Of a DNA stretch of 64,000 bases, positions 12,350-24,656 are shown piece by piece. The notes below the pieces were generated by a model. That model was not told where the DNA came from and did not search any database. It was given only the letters and a program-made list of their open reading frames with translations. Origin of the DNA: Anthoceros angustus (Eukaryota; Plantae; Anthocerotophyta); the NCBI GenBank assembly GCA_010909165.1, contig MU008194.1:62001-126000 (forward strand), written 5' to 3'. Positions within the stretch are counted from its first letter, which is position 1, and every line of letters starts with the position of its first letter. Made by a program: the position numbers and the translations under genes.

Positions 12350-13760
12350 CTTCAATAGCGGGCGCGCCTTAGGGAGGGCGTGGGTGTCGCGGCTCCCCTG
12401 GGGTGGCGTGCGCCCGTCGGCGAGGTTCGGACACAGTCTTGCGCCATGTGCCGCTTACAATCTCCACAGGCGTTCAAAGTCCCGTTGCCTTGCGGTGGGG
12501 TATGGGCGCGTTGGAGTAGTGCGGGGTTCCCAGTTCCAGACCACCGCCACGAGAATTCTGGAGGGCTCCCATATGTCTTTGCGCCAGTCGATGCAGACGG
12601 ACCAGCTGTGGGGTACATCGTCACAGGATCTGGTCCGGTTGTGCTTCTTGCACTTGGTATGCATCCTCCCTTTCCTCGGACTCTTCCCGTAGTCATACTC
12701 CACCGGTTCACGGGTGCGGAGGCGGATTGGGAATGCCCATGTTGGTGACACACCGCACACCACAAATGAGTCGGACCGTGGTGGCCACCCGCGTTCTTTA
12801 TCCTTCACGGTTGATCGTCAACTCCTCCACCCTCTTCATTACCGTTCTAGATCTTCCCTCACCCGCTACTTCCTTCAAAGGAGCTGGGTCGGTGGGACCT
12901 CTCGTCTGATCGGGCATCATGACCTCCTTCTTTTCCACCCTCCGCGACTCGGGCTTCTTCTTCTTTATTTTTCGGCGGGGTTCTTCTTCTTCCAGGACCT
13001 CCTCGGATTCTTCTTCGGAGTCCTCTTCCTCTTCCTCGTGCCTCGGTCTCATCATCCTCCTCTCAGGGTTCTTCATCTTGAGTCCGACCCCGTTTCTTCT
13101 TTTCTTCTTTCCTCCTGGAGGAGTCCTCGGCCGTCGTTGGTGCATCGATTCTTCATAGTTCTCCGCCCGACCGCCTTGCTCACATCTCTAGCGGCGGCGT
13201 GTAGCCATTGGCTTGGATAAGCCATGCGAACCAACGTACTTTGCATGGTAGTGTGGTGGGGTGCGGTCCGTAGCGTGAACCGTTCGATGTCGATCCCAAC
13301 TTCTCCGTCTTTCCTCGCTTGGGTTCTCGAGTTTGGACAAGGCGTAGCCTTCTTGATCGATTCGCGGAATCTTTCTAAGCCTTCAATCTTGAAGGTTGCG
13401 GTGCGTTAGGCGTGTGGTTCCGATACCAGCAGCTGTACCCCGACACCTTGGAACAGAATGATGCGCATCCGAACCTTCTCCGTTGAAGTTTGCCGCGACA
13501 CGAAATCCTCCACGAAGGTTTGATCTCTCCTTCTTACCTCCAAGAGAGAATCGCTTGCTTGGTCGTTGTTGCCATCGCCGCGATCGGTAAGGGATGAGGA
13601 ACCGCCCCTTACCGCGCGTCTGCGTCCTCCTCTCGATCCGACAACTCCACCACGCTTACTGTTGGTGTCCTCGCCTCGAGCTCGTCGTCTCTCACGCGCT
13701 GCGGGCGCTCGGCGATCTGGCGTCCACTCTCTCGATTCGTCCTTAACTACCTCCGTCCTC
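12350..13760 (-). pseudogene. gag: gag-like region with Cys/His zinc-knuckle remnants and an acidic/basic low-complexity tract
   Basis: Lies between the PBS and pol. Fragments WCAVCHQHGH and CGDCKRHMAQDC, plus an EEEEEDSEEESEE tract; multiple frameshifts; boundaries approximate. Confidence 0.6.
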
Positions 13761-13786
13761 ACGCATCCACGCTACGGGCGATTTCA

Positions 13787-13804
13787 TTCCCGACAGCGGC
13801 GCCA
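13787..13804 (-). promoter_or_regulatory. Primer-binding site, tRNA-Asp-like
   Basis: Minus strand reads TGGCGCCGCTGTCGGGAA, 3 nt from the LTR end. It resembles the TGGCGCCGTTGCCGGGGA PBS of Athila-type elements, complementary to the plant tRNA-Asp 3' end (established knowledge). Confidence 0.8.
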
Positions 13805-13807
13805 AAA

Positions 13808-16800
13808 TGTGGCGCGACTTTTCTTGGCGGCGGTAGCGCGCACAATCCGTGTCGTTGTAGGAAGAGTTCGTTCCCAAAGGAATAGGCTCCGTTCGCGTTT
13901 GGTGATTCTCGTCTTACTTTCGTCGCTCGTCTCGCGCACGTTCACGTCTAACTACTCGCGTTCACACCGCAGGCCGGTATGGCCAAGCGTTTGAGACCCG
14001 TTCGCGTCCGTTCGTTCCGTTTCTCTCACACCTCGTCCTCCTCTCTCCACTCACACTACATCGGTCTTAAGGAAAAGCGGGTTACAGTCGGACCTCCTCG
14101 TCGTTCCGGGCCTCTCCGTCCGGGCCGCCCTCCAGTCCCTCCGGCTCACACGTTCGGTCCGTTCGGTGGGCGCCGGAGCACGGGTCCGATCACCCCTTCC
14201 CCGCACACACCACAACACGTTAGGTCGTCACGGGACCTGATCAATCCCTCCGGGGCATCGTGCACTTTCGGTGACTCGGGACTCACGTTAGCAGAAGACA
14301 CACGAGTGCAGAGCGGCATCAACACCAAGAAAGATGATTTATTGAGGCGGCCCTCTTATACTACGCCCGGTCGGCGTCTTTATTACACCTATTACGGTGC
14401 GGCGGCATTTCGGTATGCCTAATCGGCCGCCTACCATCCTATTTCCTCCCCTATCTCCTTCGCGGTGGTGTGGGAAGGTCCGGGTTCCGCCTTGGGATTG
14501 GTGGTCCAATCTCCGCGACAGTGCGGCGCGCAATCGGATGATCCGGCGGCGGACCCTCCTCTCCGGAATCACATCGGGTTGGGCTCGGCGGTCGGCGGTG
14601 GCCGTTACCACAACGTCATCCTCCACAGCCTTCCGTGGGTCCCCTCGGTGGGGCCCCATGTCTCCCCTAGCGTAAGTCGAAGGGGCTCCTCCTTCTTGGT
14701 CCGGACCTCGAGGTCGGTCTCGACTCGAACGAACTCCAGGGTATTTCAGTCCGCCTGGGTCGGCCCCTTCTCAGTTCGGACCTCGGTCTGCTGAGTCCGA
14801 TCTCCAAACTCGGACCCCTTCCTGTGGACCTCGTCTTGGTCCTCCTCCTTACCCAAACCCTTGTCTTGGTGGGTTGGCTCCCCTTGCACCCCTGGGGCCC
14901 CTCACCCTTCCGGATCGGGTGGTGGTGAACTTACCTTGGGGTCCTGCGTCCGCTCCTCTTGGGGCTCCTCCTTGTGCCGTCGTCTCCAAGCAGGGCCCCT
15001 AGGGTCCCTGTCTTTTCCCGTGCCCTTCTTCCCCTCAGGCCTTCCGAGTCCGTCTATTGGCGAGGCCTCTCGCCTTGGGATTGGTGGTCCAATCTCCCAT
15101 CGACATGCGGCGCACCCAATCGGATGATCCGGCGGACCCTCCTTTCTCCGGAATCCTGTCGGGTTGGGCTCTGGCGGCGGCGGTTACCACAACGTCATCC
15201 TCCCCTTCCCGGTCCCCTCGGTGGGGCCACTGTCTCCCTAGCGTAAGTCGAAGGGGCTCCTCCTCTCCAGTCGGACCTCGAGGTCGGACCTCGAACTGAA
15301 CTCCAAGTCCGGTTTCGTCAGGGGTGGGTCGGCCTCGTCTCGGGTTCGGACCTCGAGGTCGTACTCAGGTCCGATCTCCAAACTCGGACCCCTTCACGTG
15401 GACCTCGTCTTTAGGTCCTCCTCCTTACCCCCTTGTCTTGGTGGGTTGGCTCCCCTTGCACCCCTGGGGCCCCTCACCCTTCCGGATCGGGTGGTGGTGA
15501 ACTTACCTTGGGGTCCTGCGTCCGCTCCTCTTGGGGCTCCCTCCTTGTGCCGTCGTCTCAAGCAGGCCCCTAGGGTCCTGTCTTTGTCCGTGCCCTTCTT
15601 CCCCTTCCGGGGCCCGTCCCAGCGTGTGGGAGGCCTCTCCGGGAGCTCGGTGTGGTAATAGGCAAAGTCCGAATCCACTTGGATTGCCTCTTCCACGTGC
15701 GGGGCACCGTCTCCCCGCCATAGGTGCTCCGGGTGAGCTGTTGCCCTTGTTGCTCCACCTCCCCGCCAGTTTGATAGCCGGAGCCGAGCTCGTCGTCTCC
15801 AAGCAGGGCCCCTAGGGTCCCCTCCGGTCAGTTGCTCCACTTGCTCCAACTCCTCCGTTTGTTCGCGCCACTTGCCGCCATGCCGCGGCGTTCCCCTTCC
15901 AAACTTCCTCGGTGGACGGTGACTTCTTATACCTTCCAGCGCCCTCGCCTCTTGTCCATTCTGCCATCTCCTTGTCGCGAACTTCTTGGGGCTCCTCCAT
16001 CTCCTTGTCCTCCATCTCGGCGGCGTCTGCTCCTGTTCGCCTTGCGCTCCGTCCAGCAGGCCGGGCCGCTCTATCGTCGCGTTCGCGACCATCCCAGAAC
16101 TACCATTCCTCTCAATGATAGTTTGGGCTGCGGCTCAAAGTCTCCTTGCGGTCCTCCATCTCCTGCTTCTTGCTCCACCTCCGGGAGTCAGAGATCCTCC
16201 ACCTCCTTGTCGCGACTTCTTGGGCTGGTTGGTCTTGCTCCGCCACCTCCTGCTCCATCTTGAGGCCCTGGGCGCTCTATCTCTGCTCGAAGTCTGGATT
16301 CTCCCATTGAGAATTCCTTGCTTTCAAGCGTCTTGGGTTGTAACTCCAAGGTGTCCTTCTTGTCCTCCAACTCCTCGCCTCCTTCTACCTCTTGCTGCAC
16401 AGGTCCCCGATTTCCGGGTCTTGGCCTCAGTGTTTGCGGCTCGTCGTGCTTGCTCCGCCACCGCTCGGCCTTCGATTGGCGTGGCTCTCGGCCGCCTCCC
16501 TCCACCGGTTCATCCATGGAGTGATCGCGATCGGCCTTCGCCGTGGCCTCGCCTCCTTGGCCACCTTCACCGAGCCTCCAGCTCTGGTCGGGTGAGGTTG
16601 CGGATGGTCCTCGCTCCGGCGTTTCCTCCTCAATCCCTGAGGCCGAGCTTCCTTCTCTGGGCTCCTCCATCTCCTGCTCCTGGAGGAGTACCATGCGCCT
16701 CGGGTGGCTTCTACCTCCAGGTCTTCTCGGCCATCCCGAGACCCCAGGCATCGTCCATGGCGGTGGCAGGAACGCCGTGTTTCTTCCACGGCCGGTGAGG

Positions 16801-19800
16801 CTCCCACAAAGTCCGTGGCGGGGCCGGCATCTCCAGTCCGTGGACCTCCATACTGTTGTCGGAGTAAGTCGGGGTGGGTTCTCGGACCTAATCGGGACCC
16901 TTAGGTCACAGTTGACTCGGAGCTTCCCTCCTTGGCCCTTTTGGCGCGAGCTCCTTCTCGCCCTTTTCTCCACAGGGCTCGGAGGAGGTGAGGGAGTCAG
17001 AGCAAGCCTTTTGCCCCTTCACATCGGCGGCGGGACCCGGCTCGAGCTGTTGCGGTGTCCTCCTGCTCCACAGGCGCGTCCTTCGCCTCCCATCGCTTCC
17101 TCCTTCTTGCCACTCGTGGCGGGGAAATCTTGCACCGGGGGTCAGCGTTGTTGGTCTTGCGTCTCTTGGCCTCCACAGTCGGCGGGGCTCCTCGGTAGGA
17201 GTGATGGCGTGGCGGGCTGGGGTCGGGCGCTTCTGCTGGGTGCTCTGGTTGGGGCACGGAGGAGGCGGAATTTCTTCCCATACTTCCACAGGTGGTGAGG
17301 GGTCCGTTCGACGTATGGGAATCCTCGATCGTCCTCCTCCCGAGTCCGTTTGGCTTCGGATCGGCCTCCTCCCTCGGCGCCCTTGCGCTCCACTTCGGCG
17401 GGGCCTCCGGTCCTTTCGGGCGCTCGCTCAAGCTCTCCTTCCTTGAGGCTCGAAATGCCCCATACATGGATCGGTATGGGGCGGCCCAGATGGCGAGGCT
17501 TCTCGGTCACAGCTTGCGAGCCTCAGCTAAGCCAGGCGAATAATCCTTCCCCGTCCCCTCTTCCCCATTGCGGCGCATGCGAATAAGATTATCACCAAGG
17601 TGATCCACCTTGGTGAGTAGGTTCGATGGACAATGATCGGCCGCCTTACTCGGTCCAGCTGGATATCGACCAACCGTTGGTGGTGGTTGCGTCGAGCCTC
17701 GCGCCACTGGCGGCCCTATCTTCCCCGCCTCCTTCTACCTCTCTGCACCGAGGTCCCCGATTTCCGGGTCTTGGCCTCCGCCTCCGCCTCCGCCTCCGCC
17801 TGCTTGGGCCTCCGCCTCCGCTTGCGCCCGGCCTTCGATTGGCGTGGCTCTCGGCCGCCTCCCTCCACCGGCCCGATCACGCCGATAGTGATCGCGATCG
17901 CCGTGGCCTCCGCCTCCTTGGCCACCTTCACCGAGCCTCCAGCCTTGGCTCGTCCAGGGCCTCCGCGAGTCCCGCCTGCTTGCGCCCGGCGCCTCCTCGC
18001 ACGCCTCCGCCTCAGAGGTCCTCCGCCTGCTTGGGCCTCCTTGCCCATTGCCCTCCACTGAAGGAATTTGGTCCGTCCTGCGGATGGACCACCTCCTCTC
18101 GCCTCCCGGCTTTCCTTCCTCAATCCGCCGAGAGCTTCCCTTCTCGCCTCTGGCTCCTCCAACCGCCTCGGAGGAGTACCATGCGCCCGGTGGCTTCTAC
18201 CTCCGGGTCTTCGGCCATCCCGCAGAGACCCCAGCATACCGCCATGACGGTAGCTGTGGACCCGCCGTGTTTCTTCCACGGCCGGTGAGGCTCCCACAAA
18301 GTCCGAGTGAGCGCATCTCACGGTCCGCCAAGGACCTCCATACTGCCCGAGTAAGTCCGGACTGGGTTCTCGGACCTAATCAGACCCTTAGGTCCCGAGG
18401 CCGAGCTCCCGAGCTTCCTCCTTGGCCCTTTTGGCGAGCTCCTTCTCCGCCCTTTTCTCCCGGGGCTGAGGAGGTGAGGGAGTCCGGAGCAAGTTTTTGC
18501 CCCTTCCTCCGGGCGACAGACCGCTCGCGGTGTTGCTGTCCTCCTCGCTCCTCGGCGCCCCTTCGCCTCCATCGCTTCCTCCGCTTGCCCGCAAGGTGGG
18601 AAGGGGTACTGCACCGAGGTGCCACAGCCGTGGTCTTGCCTCTTCGGCTCCTCCAACTCCCCGCCTCCACCGGCCCGATCACGCCGATAGTGATCGCGAT
18701 CGGCCTTCGATTGGCGTGGCTCTCGGCCGCCTGGATCGGCCGCCTGTTGGGGCACGGAGGAGGGAGGGAATTTCTTCCCATACTTCCTGGGTGGTGAGGG
18801 GTCCGCTGCACGTATGGAGTCCGGAATCCTCCCGCCTCCTCCCGAGTCCGCTTTTCACGATCGGCCTCCTCCTGCCGCCTCCACTTCCGGGGCCTCAGCC
18901 CTTTCCGAGCGCCCGCTCCTCCTTCCTTGAGGAGCTCGAAATGCCCCATACATGGATCGTATGGGGATGCCTGATGGCAAGGCTTCGGCCCCGAGCTTGA
19001 GCCTCGCTAAACCGGGCGATAATCCTTCCCCGCCTTCTTCCCCGCCGCAGGTGAATACTAATAGATTATCACCAAGGTGATCCACCTTGGTGAGTAGGTT
19101 CCAGTGGACAATGATCCGGCCACCGCCTTACTCGACCGGCCCAATGTGTCGGATATCGCCCAACCACAGGGTCCGTCAGGCCCTGTGCCTTAGATCGCTG
19201 TCGGCCCTATCTTCCCTTCGCCTTGAGGGCTCGGCACCACTCCCCTCTTCCTCCTTTGGGCGGTTGTAGGCGCCTCGGGACCTCAAGGTCCATCGCCTTG
19301 GGTCCTCCCGGAGGTTCTTGGACCGCACCTCCTTATTGACCGCCGGCATCTTTGGGCGAACTCCGGACGGTGACACTATCAATGTCGGACCATGGAACAC
19401 ATCCAAATGCCACTCCTGCACCAATTCTCACTTCCTGGGCAGGCCCAAAGTCCGGATAGCGCGGGTCACAATGTTGCGCTCCACAGGTTCCATGGCTCCC
19501 AAACTTCGCGGGCTTTTGGGTGCCATCGCCTTCTCCTCCTTGGTTGCCGAGCTTGTCGGAGGCCGGCGCACGTTGCGCCTTCTTGGCGCGTTCTTGCTCC
19601 GACCTCAGCGGTGAGCAGCGAGCGTCTGAGTGTCCCACGAGATACCGCCCGAGGCGGTGCGGGCGCAAAGATCGCGAGAATTGTCTCGAGGCTGCGCGGT
19701 ACCTTCCGGCGCTCCGCCGGGAAGTAAGGCGGGCGCCTCTTCCACATCGTAGCGCAGTGCCGCAGCATACGCCTCAACCTCACGGCCTTCGCGCGCGTAC

Positions 19801-20142
19801 TCGGCCTTACGCGCGCGTCCGAGCGTGAATACCTGCTATGACCCCGGCAATTACGGTCTGGCGGTATGCCGTTCTCCACTCGAGTTGCCCGTGGCGTCGC
19901 TGGTCCGGTTCAACTCTAAGTTACTTTCCTGGCGTACTTATCACCTGCGGTCACGGGTGGGTCCGGACTTATCCGTTCTGGTGGTAGTAGGTCAGTGCGT
20001 TCCTCACTCGGTCGGAGTATACTCGAGTGCCGTCCGAGTGCTATCCAACTTATTTCCCCTTTTTCGCCTCATTTTATCCTTCACTCCTACAAAAACAAAA
20101 CCCTACCTATTTTCTAACCCCCAAGGAAGTCCGTAGTTCACA
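13808..20142 (-). repeat. 5' LTR (6335 bp, includes ~0.58-kb and ~1.4-kb internal tandem duplications)
   Basis: Homologous to 1995-7622; the PBS lies immediately inside it. Confidence 0.92.
15590..19880 (-). CDS. Putative extra ORF inside the LTR U3, 5' LTR copy
   Basis: Shared motifs such as EVWEPWNL, DHLGDNL, ELEDKKDTLELQPK and VDSDFAYYHTELP appear in minus-strand ORF fragments. Confidence 0.5.
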
Positions 20143-20147
20143 AATAC
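20143..20147. other. Target-site duplication, right (AATAC)
   Basis: aatac directly follows the LTR end gtagttcaca. Confidence 0.9.
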
Positions 20148-20170
20148 CTAGAGTTCTCATATTAATTTGG

Positions 20171-20320
20171 GTCCAAACACATCACCAACCCATCAAGAAC
20201 CGAGTCCAAACACATCACCAACCCATCAAGAACTCCGAGTCCAAACACATCAGCAACCATCGGCCGGACCACAGGTCCGAACACATCAAGAACCCATCAG
20301 CACCACAGGTCCGAACACGC
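20171..20320. repeat. Degenerate 33-36-bp tandem repeat (~4-5 copies)
   Basis: Recurring gtcc(a/g)aacacatca...cccatcaagaa units directly after the right TSD. Confidence 0.8.
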
Positions 20321-20383
20321 CAGTGGCCATCGCTCCACATCGCCTTGTGGCTTCATCCTTGCACCCTTGCAGTTTCTACCTAA

Positions 20384-20940
20384 TTGACGAATCAGAGGCA
20401 TCGTAGCCCGTGCTGTATGTATTCATCTTGCAATCTGGCCAGCAAATATGGTAGAGCTTGCCTCAAATCGGGTGGAGATATCCTCGCACAGGGCTGCAAA
20501 CATTACAACGTCCTGCACATCGTGCCTCATGTAGATAGGGCCCTTCCTTCCCAGCTCAAGCTAATGAGCCTACAGAAGAGCCATGGAAAATCAGCAAGAT
20601 ACCTTCGCCACCATTCCAAAATACTAGACATTGCAGAGCTCTCCTTGTAGTCCTTCCAGGGCCACACCATGAGGGAGAGTGCAACGAAATACCACCCTTG
20701 CCCAACCATGCAAGAGCTGTAGCAGAGGCATTGTCGTGCGGCGATGCCATCATCCGCCATCTTCGCCGAACCCCACCGCCGTGCCGCTGGGCTATCATCA
20801 CATGGAATGTTTTTGAAGGTCGAGAAGTTCAAACTAGTGTATAATGAAGATGCAAAGGATCGTCGCAAGGGCTTGAAAACAGACACATTTATAATGCACA
20901 TAATGAACCCCAACTTTTTTTATTGCTCTATACAGATGAA
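20384..20940 (+). pseudogene. Possible decayed DNA-transposon (hAT-like) coding fragment; second copy at ~22680-23130
   Basis: Protein-like stretch GCKHYNVLHIVPH...(W)LSSHGMFLKVEKFKLVYNE loosely resembles the hAT CxxH and TRWxSxxxML segments; weak. Confidence 0.25.
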
Positions 20941-21019
20941 CCTTTTACTTTGTGTCACCAAAATAGTTGAGTTACTCGACAATAAGATGGTTGTAGGGAC
21001 TAGTGCACGCTAACAATTT

Positions 21020-21680
21020 TGTAAGGAAACGCTTGTACATTATGAGTAAGAAGTCTTGCATGAGAGGCATGCAGCCCTGATCTAGTTAGTAAGTTGTAAG
21101 TGGTAAGACTTAGCTTAGGACTTAAGGAAGAAAGTGTGCTTTTAGTAGTTACTTTGGAAATGATATAAGCCTCCGTATAAAAGGAGATGAGGCTAGCCCT
21201 AGAGAGCATCATGTGATCCTAGCATTGGGAGCTATACTCGTGAGGATAGGACTTTGGAGCCTAGAGGCCCTGGGAGCCTAGAGTGTGAGCATGTCTAGAA
21301 GGATCCTAGCACTTGGGAGCTACACTGTTGTGAGGATAGGACTTTGGTGCCTAGAGGGATAGGACTTTGGTGCCTAGAGGCCATGGAAGCCTAGAGTGTG
21401 AGCGTGCTAGAGGAGAGCTGTTGAGGAGGAGATCGAGGGGAGAGAGCTAAGCTCCTAGCTTAGGCAAAGATAGAGAGCTCTCTCTCTGATCTCTCATGTA
21501 TTCTTGTTGACTCTTGCTGGAATAAACAAGCGGGCGACGTCTTGTGCGAGTTGTCTGGCGAGTTGTCTGTAAAGGACGGCAGCTACTGGAAGCCAGTCTT
21601 TGGCGTCTCGTGATGTTTTGTATTCTTGCGATATCCCACCTCCTCACGAAAGGAGGTGTTGCTTCACGACTCACTTTATC
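21020..21680 (+). mobile_element. LTR-like fragment (solo-LTR candidate); partial second copy at 23208-23805
   Basis: Starts TGTAAGG, has TATAAAAGG (~21177), internal short direct repeats (ggataggactttgg..cctagag) and AATAAA (~21521). No TSD found and the right end is uncertain. Confidence 0.55.
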
Positions 21681-21853
21681 TCCTTTGCCCAAGTAAGGCG
21701 AAAGAAAATGAAATAAAAACGTTGAAGGCATCTCAAGTTATGATTCGAGATCGGATCCGGCTCGAAACCCGGAGATGCGCTCGATCCACTGGAAGGCTCC
21801 ATAGAGCTTAAGAGCGACAAGTCTTGCTCGCTGGAGTCATTCCCGAGCATCCC

Positions 21854-22680
21854 ATGGAGGGCACCATCGTGTTGTCATGGATCCCGGTTGTGGTGGCAAT
21901 CTTTGAGTGCTTATTTTACGCATGGCAAAGCAGGGCAAGCTTCGATTTCCTCCGGGGCCCAAGGAGTTCCACTTCTAAAACCTCTCCATTTTTATGACCT
22001 CGGCCCATAGGGAGCTCTTCGCATCTCCTGTGAGTATGGGCCTTTAGTTTTATCGATTGGGATCAAGCCAACTCTTGTTGTGTCCTCTCCGGCGGCAGAG
22101 AGATCAAGGTTCACGACGAATTTTGCAGACAGGCCCAATATAGTTGCCAAGGACTATCTTTTGTATGGAAACAATCACATGGCATCGCCCATACAATTCT
22201 CATTACAAGAACATGAGGTATGTCGAACGTCTTGTAGTCGAGCATCCACTTGAGTGACAGTGCGGCGATTGGGATGTGGCTTGTCCGCTTTTGCGAAAGG
22301 TAGTCGTCATGGAGCTCGAACAACAAGAGATTACAGCTTTGAGAAACTACGAGCTCAAGAGTTGTCCTTCATGATGAGATCCATTTGGGAGGAAAGGATC
22401 ACTAATGCTTGCGGTGGAGTGGATCCGAATGTAAAATGTCTGCTCGACCATGAACATCGATGATGATGATGAGCAGAGGTTTTTACCTACGGAGGAGAGG
22501 AAGCATTGATGGAAGAACTGCAATCGATTATGCTGCGGAGGTAAAGTGTTCTAGCAATAGTGTCCTTCTTCGTCTGCTTCTAGCTCGGGCGAGCTTATGA
22601 CATGATGGTGCCTAATAAGTCTACAATCTTTCTCAAGGCTGCGAATTCAAGCACCTCATGGATGCGATCCTCGGTGGAGA
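21854..22680 (+). pseudogene. Cytochrome P450 (CYP71 clan) copy A, 5' half, indel-riddled
   Basis: Colinear with the start of the copy at 29757 (atggagggcaccatcgtg); breaks off at gatgcgatcctcggtggag. Confidence 0.85.
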
Positions 22681-23807
22681 TATCCTCGCATGTGGTCGCA
22701 AACATTACAACGCCCCACATCGTGCCTCATGTAGATAGGGCCCTTCCTTCCAAATTTCAAGCTAATGAGCCCAAAGAGCCATGGAAAATCGAAGATACCT
22801 TCGCCACCATTCCAAAATACTAGACATTGAGCTCTCCTTGTAGTCCTTCCAGGGCCACACCATGAGGGAGAGTGCAATACCACCCTTGCCCAACCATGCA
22901 AGAGTCAGAGGTGAGGAGGCATTGTGGCGATGCCATCATCCGCTATCTTGGCCGAACCCCGCCTGTCACTGGCTATCATCACATGGAATGTTTTTGAAGG
23001 TCGAGAAGTTCAAACTAGTGTATAATGAAGATGCAAAGGATCGTCGCAAGGGCTTGAAAACAGACACATTTATAATGCACATAATGAACCCCAACTTTTT
23101 TTATTGCTCTATACAGATGAACCTTTTACTTTGTGTCACCCAAAATAGTTCAGAGTTACTCTGACAATAAGATGGTTGTAGGGACTAGTGCACGACGAAA
23201 ACAATTTTGTAAGGAAATACGCACGCAGAAGTACATTATGAGTAAGAAGTCTTGCATGAGAGGCATGCAGCCCTGATCTAGTTAGTAAGTTGTAAGTGGT
23301 AAGACTTAGCTTAGGACTTAAGGAAGAAAGTGTGCTTTTAGTAGTTACTTTGGAAATGATATAAGCCTCCAGCAAAAGGAGATGAGGCTAGCCCTAGAGA
23401 GCATCATGTGATCCTAGCATTGGGAGCTATACTCGTGAGGATAGGACTTTGGAGCCTAGAGGCCTGGAGCCTAGAGTGTGAGCATGTCTAGAAGGATCCT
23501 AGCACTTGGGAGCTGTTGTGAGGATAGGACTTTGGTGCCTAGAGGATAGGACTTTGGTGCCTAGAGGCCATGGAAGCCTAGAGTGTGGCGTGCTAGAGGA
23601 GGCATTGAGGAGGAGATCGAGGGAGAGCTAAGCTCCTAGCTTAGGCAAAGATAGAGAGCTCTCTCTCGATCTCTCTCATGTATTCTTGTTGACTCTTTGG
23701 AATAAACAAAGAAGCGACGTTACCGCGAGTTGTCTGACTGCGAGTTGTCTGTAAAGGACGCAGCTACTTGGAAGCCAGTCTTTGGCCTCGTGATGTTTTG
23801 TAATCAT

Positions 23808-24656
23808 GAGATCGGTATCAAGCCAACTCTTGTTGTGTCCTCTCCGGCGGCAGAGAGATCAAGGTTCACGACGAATTTTGCAGACAGGCCCAATATAGTT
23901 GCCAAGGACTATCTTTTGTATGGAAACAATCACATGGCATCGCCCATACAATTCTCATTACAAGAACATGAGGTATGTCGAACGTCTTGTAGTCGAGCAT
24001 CCACTTGAGTGACAGTGCGGGCGATTGGGATGTGGCTTGTCCGCTTTTGCGAAAGGTAGTCGTCATGGAGCTCGAACAACAAGAGATTACAGCTTTGAGA
24101 AACTACGAGCTCAAGAGTTGTCCTTCATGATGAGATCCATTTGGGAGGAAAGGATCACTAATGCTTGCGGTGGAGTGGATCCGAATGTAAAATGTCTGCT
24201 CGACCATGAACATCGATGATGATGATGAGCAGAGGTTTTTACCTACGGAGGAGAGGAAGCATTGATGGAAGAACTGCAATCGATTATGCTGCGGAGGTAA
24301 AGTGTTCTAGCAATAGTGTCCTTCTTCGTCTGCTTCTAGCTCGGGCGAGCTTATGACATGATGGTGCCTAATAAGTCTACAATCTTTCTCAAGGCTGCGA
24401 ATTCAAGCACCTCATGGATGCGATCCTGCGGTGGAGGTTGTGGCACTTCTTTGGAGGACTATGTCCCGTACTTAAGCTTCCTCGACGGTGAAAACTACAA
24501 GGCGGACATGCAGTGTAGCGGTGGACATTTTCTGGTAAAGTCATAGATCATCGTGAGGCAGATCAAGGCGAAGAAGTGAAGGCGGCAGGACTTTCTCCAT
24601 GTCTCTCTCTGCCCGTCCCGATGGGCGATGCAGGTGATGACAACCTAAAGGGCTTT
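23808..24656 (+). pseudogene. Cytochrome P450 copy B, internal fragment
   Basis: Homologous from the SKPTLVVSS region to DDNLKG; shares its defects with copy A. Confidence 0.85.

Larger units (their letters stand above)
1995..20142 (-). mobile_element. Full-length Ty3/gypsy LTR retrotransposon (Athila/Tat-like non-chromovirus by PBS), frameshifted
   Basis: Two homologous TG...CA LTRs (1995-7622 and 13808-20142). AATAC flanks both ends (1990-1994, 20143-20147). PBS and PPT adjoin the LTRs. Minus-strand order gag-PR-RT-RNaseH-INT is the Ty3 order. Confidence 0.95.

Noticed and set aside
21637-21658. 8-bp hairpin as a Helitron 3' terminator
   Set aside because: No CTRR end follows at the expected distance
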